NCBI GenBank assembly: GCA_030622775.1
Contig: JAUXFS010000001.1
Coordinates: 1-29,811, forward strand
From: Rhodospirillales bacterium
Lineage (GTDB): Bacteria; Pseudomonadota; Alphaproteobacteria; Rhodospirillales; Defluviicoccaceae
Reading direction: 5' to 3'
DNA: 29,811 nucleotides
A program made the translations under genes and the position numbers. The notes under the pieces were generated by a model. The model did not search any database and was not told the origin of the DNA. It was given only the letters and a program-made list of their open reading frames with translations. Below are positions 24,924 through 29,811 of the stretch, one piece after another. How positions within the stretch are numbered: position 1 is the stretch's first letter; the number at the start of each line of letters is the position of its first letter.

Positions 24924-27284
24924 TCAGACCTGCACCTGGCCGGCGATCTGCTTGACCGTCAGCACGACGAATTCCGCCGGTTTCAGCGGGGCGAAGCCGA
25001 CGATGACGTTGACGATGCCGAGGTTGATGTCGTTGGCCGTGGTCGTGGAGCTGTCGCATTGAACGAAATAGGCATCCGTCGACTTGGCCCCGGCAAAGGC
25101 GCCTTGGCGGAATAGCCCGTTCATGAACGACCCGGCTGCAAGGCGGATCTGCGCCCAAAGCGGCTCGTCATTCGGCTCGAAGACGGCAAAGCGCAGGCCG
25201 CGATAGAGGCTTTCCTCGATGAACAGCATTGTGCGGCGCACGGGGATGTATTTGTCATCCACGTTGCCCGAGCCGTTGAAGCCCACGAGCGTCCGCGCGC
25301 CCCAGCTCACGACACCGGCCGGGAATAGCCGGATTGCGTTCAGCGCCTTGGGGTTGATGACGCCGTTTTCCGGGTCGGTCATCTGGTGCTTAACTCCGGT
25401 GACACCGCGGATCGTGGCCTCCAGCCCCGCGGGCGCCTTCCAGACGCCGCGATTGCCGTCGGTGCGCGCCATGACGCCCGCAATGGCGCCACAGGGGTCC
25501 ACATAGGTGCCTCCGCCCACGTCGAGAGGCGGCCAATAGCAGGCGGCGTTGCGGGTGGCCACGCCGATTCGGATTTGCTTCACGCCGGTCTCGGCCTTGG
25601 TGATGTCGTCCCAGTCGTCATCCGGGTCGACCAGCAAAAACGCCCGCTTCTTCTCGCAGAAGGACGAGGTCGGCCCCCAGAGAAGCCTGCGGTCGGCATT
25701 GCTCTGGCCCTTGTTGCGTGGCAAGAGCAGCAGGTTGAACAGATCGACGTCGCGGTCGAGGATCTCGTAGGCGTCGTCGTATTCATCCGATGTCGGCGGG
25801 TCGCCGTCACTGCCCGCGGTGGGCGCGGCATCCTGGAACGGCGAGGGGCCGGCGCTGCCGCCGGGTTGGCCGACCGTGTAGGCGGCGGTGTTGGCGGCGT
25901 TGTTGAAGGCGGTGGTGGCGAAGTTGTAGCCGACGCCGGAGGTGAACGTGACCACCAGTCCGGTGTCGTCGGTTCCGTATTCGGGCCGCAGCGCCAGGCG
26001 CAGGCCGTGGCGTTTAGCCGACCAGCGGCCGCTCGTCTCGGCGGGGATCAACGCGGCGATGGTGTCGAGCACGCTCTGCACATTGCCGAGGCTCTGCGTG
26101 GTGCCGTTATCAAACATCGGCACCGCGCCGCCGAGCGCCGGCGCCACGGGCCCGTGCGGCGAATCCGGGCTGTCATCGGTCATCGAGAAGGTGGTGAGCT
26201 GGTCTCGGTTGGTACCGGCCAACGCGCGGAACTCAGCGAAGGCGTTGGCGAATCGCCCCATCCGCGCCGTCAGGCCTGAGGGCGCGGGGCGCGCGTCGCC
26301 GTATTCCGAGCCCTCGATGCCGCCCTGGCCCACACCCAATTGCAGCGCCACGGTGCAGTCACCGCCGACGCCCGGGGTGATCCGCACCGGGCCGTCGTTC
26401 GAGGTGATGCGCAACAGGCGGTTCGCGCCGGTGCCGCCGGTGCCGACGCTGGGGCCGACAACTTCTACTGTCACCGCCGCGGCGATCCCGTTCGAGGTCA
26501 GCGCACCGTTCAGGTCATTTGTCCACTGGGTCGTCAGCGCGCCCAGATTCGCGATCGGCGTGGGGTCCGACAGCGCCGAGGGGATCGCGACATTGTCGCC
26601 GACCTTCAGCGTCAGTCTGTTGGTCGTGGCGGTGACAAGCCCGTCCAGACCGCCCTTGGCGACGGCGGCGGTGTTGCCAAGCACCACGCCGGCGATGGAC
26701 ATTCCATTGTTGCCGGCCGGCGCGTTGGACGCGACCGTGATCAGCGCAGAGGTGCCGTTGATCACCGTATTGGCGAAATTGCCCGCATTGGGGTCCATCG
26801 ACAGGTTCTCGAAGGTCTCTTCCGCCTGCCGTTCGCGCGTGCTGTCGTCCTTCAGGACGCTGCGGAAGGCTGTGAGGTTGAAGGTCTCTTCCGGGCTGGC
26901 GGTGTCATAGTCGATCTCGACCCTGAGCAGGTTGCCCTCGATGCCGGGGTCGCGTGCCTTGACCGTCATCGCGTTGGTGCCGTCGAGCTGGTCGCGCAGC
27001 ACCACGTCGGCGTAGAAGGGGTTGCGCGCGATGCGCATCACATAAGCCTGCCCGCCGCCGTTGAGATAGAAATTGCGCACCTGCGTGGCGAGTTCGCCAT
27101 CGGTGGTTGGCCCGAAACTCCGTTCGAAGTCAGCGAAGTTGAAAATCCGCACCGGTTTGCTGATCGGGCCGCGCTCTGCCATGCCGATAAGCGCGGCGAT
27201 CGAGGTTGCCACACTGGCAACGGCGCGCGCACCAGATGCCTCTTCTTGGACGTAAACGCCGGGGTAGGTGGGGGTTACGGGCAT
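24924..27284 (-). CDS. Phage tail sheath protein with a ~300-aa internal insertion, 786 aa
   Basis: MPVTPTYPGVYVQE...ATSIAA.IG...RGP...PVRI.NFADFER.FG; C-terminal G.IAG.MARTD..RGVWKAPAG, WGARTL, YIPVRRT.LFIEESL..GL.FAVFEPNDE.LW, GFAPLKPAEFVV....Q. Strong AAAGGAGA SD. Confidence 0.96.
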   Translation of the reverse strand: MPVTPTYPGVYVQEEASGARAVASVATSIAALIGMAERGPISKPVRIFNFADFERSFGPTTDGELATQVRNFYLNGGGQAYVMRIARNPFYADVVLRDQLDGTNAMTVKARDPGIEGNLLRVEIDYDTASPEETFNLTAFRSVLKDDSTRERQAEETFENLSMDPNAGNFANTVINGTSALITVASNAPAGNNGMSIAGVVLGNTAAVAKGGLDGLVTATTNRLTLKVGDNVAIPSALSDPTPIANLGALTTQWTNDLNGALTSNGIAAAVTVEVVGPSVGTGGTGANRLLRITSNDGPVRITPGVGGDCTVALQLGVGQGGIEGSEYGDARPAPSGLTARMGRFANAFAEFRALAGTNRDQLTTFSMTDDSPDSPHGPVAPALGGAVPMFDNGTTQSLGNVQSVLDTIAALIPAETSGRWSAKRHGLRLALRPEYGTDDTGLVVTFTSGVGYNFATTAFNNAANTAAYTVGQPGGSAGPSPFQDAAPTAGSDGDPPTSDEYDDAYEILDRDVDLFNLLLLPRNKGQSNADRRLLWGPTSSFCEKKRAFLLVDPDDDWDDITKAETGVKQIRIGVATRNAACYWPPLDVGGGTYVDPCGAIAGVMARTDGNRGVWKAPAGLEATIRGVTGVKHQMTDPENGVINPKALNAIRLFPAGVVSWGARTLVGFNGSGNVDDKYIPVRRTMLFIEESLYRGLRFAVFEPNDEPLWAQIRLAAGSFMNGLFRQGAFAGAKSTDAYFVQCDSSTTTANDINLGIVNVIVGFAPLKPAEFVVLTVKQIAGQVQV

Positions 27285-27292
27285 CTATAGGG

Positions 27293-27300
27293 TCTCCTTT
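27293..27300 (-). promoter_or_regulatory. Shine-Dalgarno sequence of the sheath gene (first gene of the operon)
   Basis: The minus strand reads AAAGGAGA-CCCTATAG-ATG. Confidence 0.75.
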
Positions 27301-27370
27301 TCTGAAATAGCATGGGAGCGCCGTCCGGGCGGGCCGTCGCGGCGGCACCGGGCCCTGGGGCCGTTGAAGG

Positions 27371-27772
27371 GTCGATAGTAGAAGTGTCGAGTGTATAGAT
27401 TATGTTGTCGAGATCGAGCCCCAGACTCTCGTCGACGTAAAAGGAACGGGCGATACGGATCAGAGACTGTGCGAAATCGACATAGATACGCCAGTCGCGA
27501 CGTTCGTTGGTTTTGGCTGAAGTATTGCGTGCCACGTTCGTGGTGCGGATACCCCTGTGATAGAGCTTGCTCTGATGGGCTCGAAGACAGGCCTCGATAT
27601 CGAGAAGGCTTTCTTGATATGTGGGTTGTGCGAAAGCCATGGAGAGATATTGGTCGAGGCAACGAAAACGTTTTACGCAACGTTCGCCTTGATAATGAGC
27701 AACGCACCGGCGAAAAGTGTGCGTTGGCAGATAGTCCATTACCTGCGGAAAGATGAGCTTGCCAGCATACAT
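27371..27772 (-). pseudogene. IS4-family transposase fragment (DUF4372 N-terminus to the first catalytic Asp), fused in frame to non-coding DNA up to TAA 27275
   Basis: MYAGKLIFPQVMDYLP.HTFRRCV..YQG...VKRF.CLDQYLSMAFAQ.TY.ESL.DIEACLRA.QSKLYH.GIR...RNT....NE.RDWRIY.DFAQSLI.IAR..Y.DE.LGLDLDN.IY.LD.STID is the DUF4372/IS4 N-terminus. The expected continuation (LCL..FPWA.FR) is replaced by PSTAPGPGAAA. Substitutions such as AQPTYQESLLD suggest decay. Confidence 0.88.
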
Positions 27773-27775
27773 GAT

Positions 27776-27802
27776 CTCCCCCCTTGAGAATCCCGGGGGG
27801 AG
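27776..27802 (-). promoter_or_regulatory. 8-bp hairpin sequestering the transposase SD
   Basis: The minus strand reads CTCCCCCC-GGGATTCTCAA-GGGGGGAG-ATC-ATG; the 3' arm is the SD. Confidence 0.6.
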
Positions 27803-27896
27803 CCTGTCTGGCTACTGGGTTGCAGTTCAAGTCGGTGACACCCGTAAATCTGTTATTTTGTATTTAATAACATGGAAGTTAGATAACATTTTTACA

Positions 27897-27916
27897 ACTT
27901 TAACGGGACAGCAATG
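27897..27916 (-). repeat. Putative left terminal inverted repeat of the IS4-family remnant
   Basis: CATTGCTGTCCCGTTAAAGT, about 140 nt upstream of the transposase ATG, resembles the CAnTGnTGTCCnGTTAA ends I associate with this IS4 subgroup. No partner copy was found in the window. Confidence 0.6.
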
Positions 27917-28076
27917 ACTTTAAATCTAAGACGTCGCAGGAACGAGAGTCTCTTTACAGATTAGTATATAGTCCCATTCCTCCTTTTTCGCAATGCCGTG
28001 CGCCTGCTGAAATGTGCAACGCGGTAGACACGATCTGTACACGATAGCTTTGTAACCCGTTGAGAAACTAGAAAAT

Positions 28077-28107
28077 ACCGAATGTTCGAATCCCTCCCTC
28101 TCTGTCA
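28077..28107 (+). other. Degenerate tRNA-Ser-like 3'-end fragment (att-site-like), not an intact tRNA
   Basis: ACCG-AAT-GTTCGAATCCCTCCCTCTCTGTCA resembles a tRNA-Ser T-arm/acceptor 3' end (ACCGnGGGTTCGAATCCCTCCCTCTCCGCCA) with about 4 substitutions. No D-arm, anticodon arm or 5' acceptor strand upstream. Confidence 0.6.
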
Positions 28108-28131
28108 AATCATATATAAAACAATAAGTTA

Positions 28132-28186
28132 GTTCGCCAAGCGAAGCTTGGCGCTTCTTCGGGTGCAAGCCCCGGTCGGGAGTAAC
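28132..28186 (+). ncRNA. Possible 5' fragment of a group II intron (class C-like) or other hairpin cluster
   Basis: GTTCG start overlapping a perfect hairpin CGCCAAGC-GAA-GCTTGGCG (28135-28153), then the GNRA hairpin GGGT-GCAA-GCCC (28161-28172), then GGGAGTAAC. The layout parallels GUGCG-hairpin-GGGUGMRAGUCCC-...AGUAAC of IIC introns. Confidence 0.4.
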
Positions 28187-28322
28187 CGTTCACTCCCCCT
28201 GCCGTTTTGAACCCCTCACCCTAACCCTCGGATTTGGCATCCTGCGTCGCTCTACCTCCTCCATCCATGGAGTCGTCTCCCTGAGGGAGAGGGGATTTTA
28301 GGAGGGGGGACTGAACGGTTAC
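28182..28322. mobile_element. 141-bp MITE-like element with 18-bp terminal inverted repeats
   Basis: Left GTAACCGTTCACTCCCCC (28182-28199) versus the reverse complement of the right end, GTAACCGTTCAGTCCCCC (28305-28322): 17/18 identical. No coding capacity. Confidence 0.7.
28212..28295 (+). repeat. REP-like CCCCTCACCCTAACCCTCTCCC-NNN-GGGAGAGGGGA palindrome interrupted by a 46-nt insertion
   Basis: CCCCTCACCCTAACCC-TC-[GGATTTGGCATCCTGCGTCGCTCTACCTCCTCCATCCATGGAGTCG, 28230-28275]-TC-TCCC-TGA-GGGAGAGGGGA. Confidence 0.65.
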
Positions 28323-28374
28323 CTTTGATCGGTTCACGAATTGAAAGCCTCCGGCTTTTCCGGAGGTTGGTGAC
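28323..28374 (-). repeat. Hairpin resembling an IS200/IS605-family end, overlapping the last codons of the EAL gene
   Basis: The minus strand reads GTCACCAA-CCTCCGG-AAAAG-CCGGAGG-CTTTCAATTCGTGAACCGATCAAAG, with a perfect 7-bp stem at 28348-28366. The resemblance to IS200/IS605 ends is from memory and unverified. Confidence 0.35.
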
Positions 28375-29811
28375 TGATTGACTGATTGACGAGTATTTCG
28401 TCGATCGGTCTGGGCCGGCCGATACCATATCCCTGGGCGTAGTCGACACCGATTTCTCTCAGCTTTTCCAGGATGGCATCGTTTTCCACAAATTCTGCAA
28501 TCGTCTGTTTCCCCATAACATGCCCGATCTCATTGATCGATTTCACCATCGCGAGATCCATCGGGTCATCCAGGATATCCTTGACAAACAGCCCATCGAT
28601 TTTCAAGAAATCCACGGGCAGGTTTTTGAGATAGGCAAAAGAGGAGAGACCGCTACCGAAATCATCCAGGGCAAAGTGGCAACCCAGCTCTCTGAGACTG
28701 CTGATGAATCCAATAGCGCTACTCAGATTGGCTATGGCCACGGTCTCGGTGATCTCAAAACAGATCTTTCGGGGAGGAATACCTGATGTTTCTAATTCCT
28801 CGATAACAAACGGAAGAAAGGTCTTATTACTCAGCGAGAGCCCGGAGAGATTGATCGCGCAGAGGCTCAGTTGTTCCAGGTGTTCCGGGTGCTTCTGAAG
28901 CCAGAGCAAAGTTCGATTGATCACCCAGCGGTCGAGCTTGTCGGAGAGGTTGTAACGCTCGGCTGCAGGCAGAAAAGCGCCAGGCATGATCAGGTTACCC
29001 ACCTCGTCCTCCATCCTGAGGAGAAGTTCGTAATGAGCGGCTTTATGCTTATCATCGCCTTGAATTGGAACTATAGTCTGAAAATAGAGCTGGAAGCGCC
29101 CATCCTCCAGGGCACGGGGCAGACGCACCGCCCATTGCATCTCACCATAACGTCGCGCCAGTTCTTCATCATTCTCCAGGTGCACATGGATCTGGTTTCG
29201 TCCCTGCTCCTTGGCCACATAGCAGGCGCTGTCGGCGGCGCGCAGGATGTCACCCATACTCTTACTTTGCTGGTCGACAGAGACCAGGCCAATACTCACC
29301 CCAATGCTGAAACTGTGCTCTTCCCAGGGAAAACTGAAGTCGCCAAGGGCGGTAATCAGATTCTCTGCGACACCTTGTGCCTCTTTGATGGAGCAGTATT
29401 CCATCAATAGCCCAAACTCGTCACCACCCAGACGCGCCAGGGTATCCCGCTTTCTGATGTGTTGCAGCAACAGCTTTCCAAGCTGGCGTAACAGCTCATC
29501 ACCTGCCACATGTCCACAAGTGTCATTGACCAGTTTGAACTGATCCAGATCCAGATAGCAGAAGGCATTCTGCGTGGATTGTGTCTGGGCTGTCTCCACT
29601 ACACGCTGTAGCCGGTGTTCAAACTCAGCCCGGTTGATCAGCCCGGTAAGCGCATCGTGTTTAGCCTGGTAAGAAACCTGCTGAGACAACTTCCTGGCTT
29701 CAGATACGTCCTTGAACACCAGTACGACGCCCAATACATCACCCTGATCCGTTGTAATCGGTGCCGCCGAGTCCTCAATAGCGAATTCCTTGCCTGAGCG
29801 ACTCACTAAAA
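28334..29811 (-). CDS. PAS-GGDEF-EAL protein (diguanylate cyclase/phosphodiesterase), 5'-partial
   Basis: The frame is open at the window edge (..LVSRSGKEFAIEDSAAPI..DQG..LGVVLVFKDVSE = PAC). Motifs: HDALTGLINR, YLDLDQFKLVNDTCGH.AGD, RKRD I-site, intact GGDEF; EAL domain YELLLR, AINLS, FEITE, LDDFGSGLSSF, LKID, IAEFVE, AQGY. The track's GTG at 29806 is internal. Confidence 0.95.
   Translation of the reverse strand, partial: LVSRSGKEFAIEDSAAPITTDQGDVLGVVLVFKDVSEARKLSQQVSYQAKHDALTGLINRAEFEHRLQRVVETAQTQSTQNAFCYLDLDQFKLVNDTCGHVAGDELLRQLGKLLLQHIRKRDTLARLGGDEFGLLMEYCSIKEAQGVAENLITALGDFSFPWEEHSFSIGVSIGLVSVDQQSKSMGDILRAADSACYVAKEQGRNQIHVHLENDEELARRYGEMQWAVRLPRALEDGRFQLYFQTIVPIQGDDKHKAAHYELLLRMEDEVGNLIMPGAFLPAAERYNLSDKLDRWVINRTLLWLQKHPEHLEQLSLCAINLSGLSLSNKTFLPFVIEELETSGIPPRKICFEITETVAIANLSSAIGFISSLRELGCHFALDDFGSGLSSFAYLKNLPVDFLKIDGLFVKDILDDPMDLAMVKSINEIGHVMGKQTIAEFVENDAILEKLREIGVDYAQGYGIGRPRPIDEILVNQSISHQPPEKPEAFNS

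Larger units (their letters stand above)
278..27284 (-). other. Extracellular contractile injection system (eCIS; Afp/PVC-like) gene cluster, 18 co-oriented genes
   Basis: Sheath, gp19 tube, DUF4255 cap, AAA ATPase, tube initiator, LysM, hub, spike, tip, gp25, baseplate J-like proteins, DUF6519 and DUF4157 are all present. Most junctions are ATGA/TGATG overlaps or gaps under 40 nt. No capsid, portal or terminase genes and no T6SS membrane complex genes were seen. Confidence 0.95.
27371..27916 (-). mobile_element. Truncated IS4-family element (left end plus 5' third of a DUF4372-type transposase; right part missing)
   Basis: The terminal sequence CATTGCTGTCCCGTTAAAGT (27916-27897) is followed by an AT-rich leader and the transposase start at 27772. 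Homology stops abruptly after ...YTLDTSTID at about 27371. Confidence 0.82.

Noticed and set aside
278-27284. Interpretation as a prophage or as a type VI secretion system
   Set aside because: No capsid, portal, terminase, integrase or replication genes, and no TssJ/L/M, TssA, TssK or ClpV. The gp19-type tube, DUF4255, Afp15-like ATPase and DUF4157 point to eCIS.
27275-27370. C-terminal PSTAPGPGAAATARPDGAPMLFQKRRPYRCP as a real transposase domain
   Set aside because: It is read-through of the eCIS leader DNA after the IS breakpoint; the DDE core is missing.
27300-27370. Sigma54 or sigma70 promoter in the residual sheath leader (CGGCGCTCCCATGCT; TGCTATTT)
   Set aside because: The GG-to-GC spacing is 9 rather than 10 nt, and no credible -35 accompanies the weak -10-like sequence.
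28040-28110. Intact tRNA-Ser gene
   Set aside because: Only the T-arm and 3' acceptor strand are recognisable, the CCA end is mutated (GTCA), and no cloverleaf can be built.
28172-28332. G.U-rich pairing of the MITE flanks (CCGGTCGGG / TTTGATCGG) as a pre-insertion RNA stem
   Set aside because: Four of nine pairs are G.U, and the right flank is better explained as part of a different element end. Probably coincidental.
28371-28390. 8-nt tandem duplication as the cause of a lost EAL stop codon
   Set aside because: Removing one unit by hand does not restore an earlier stop.
28334-29811. c-di-GMP enzyme as dedicated regulator of the eCIS
   Set aside because: It is separated from the operon by an IS remnant, an att-like scar and a MITE, has clearly lower GC, and lies outside the inferred island. 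Adjacency is probably incidental.
1-29811. CRISPR array, rRNA or cas genes
   Set aside because: No regularly spaced direct repeats, rRNA-like sequence or Cas motifs were seen. The HNH motif is in a DUF4157 context, not Cas9/IscB.

Overview
About 27 kb of this window (278-27284, minus strand) is one tightly coupled operon encoding a headless contractile phage-tail machine of the extracellular contractile injection system (eCIS; Afp/PVC/MAC-like) type. Gene order: sheath, gp19-type tube, CxxC chaperone-like protein, Pro-rich disordered protein, extended DUF4255/Pvc16 cap, AAA+ ATPase, tube initiator, LysM-like protein, split VgrG-like hub and spike, PAAR-like tip, gp25, three large baseplate/tail proteins. 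The distal end is unusual. It has a DUF6519 fibre with a long beta-helix, an anchorless multi-PASTA protein, and a 1239-aa DUF4157 protein with an internal HNH-type nuclease motif and a long beta-rich C-terminus, with no co-oriented immunity gene. My inference is that this module may define a bacteria-targeting eCIS. The operon is GC-rich (about 65-70% by eye). Only about 86 nt upstream of the sheath start it joins a truncated IS4-family (DUF4372-type) element, after which GC drops to about 50%. The next ~500 bp hold several mobile-element scars: a degenerate tRNA-Ser 3'-end/att-like site, a group II intron-like 5' end, a MITE with nested repeats, and an IS200/IS605-like end hairpin. The window ends inside a PAS-GGDEF-EAL gene. 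The eCIS therefore looks like cargo of a tRNA-Ser-targeted island, although a misassembly at the IS junction cannot be excluded. All family assignments are from motif recognition and gene order; no database search was run.
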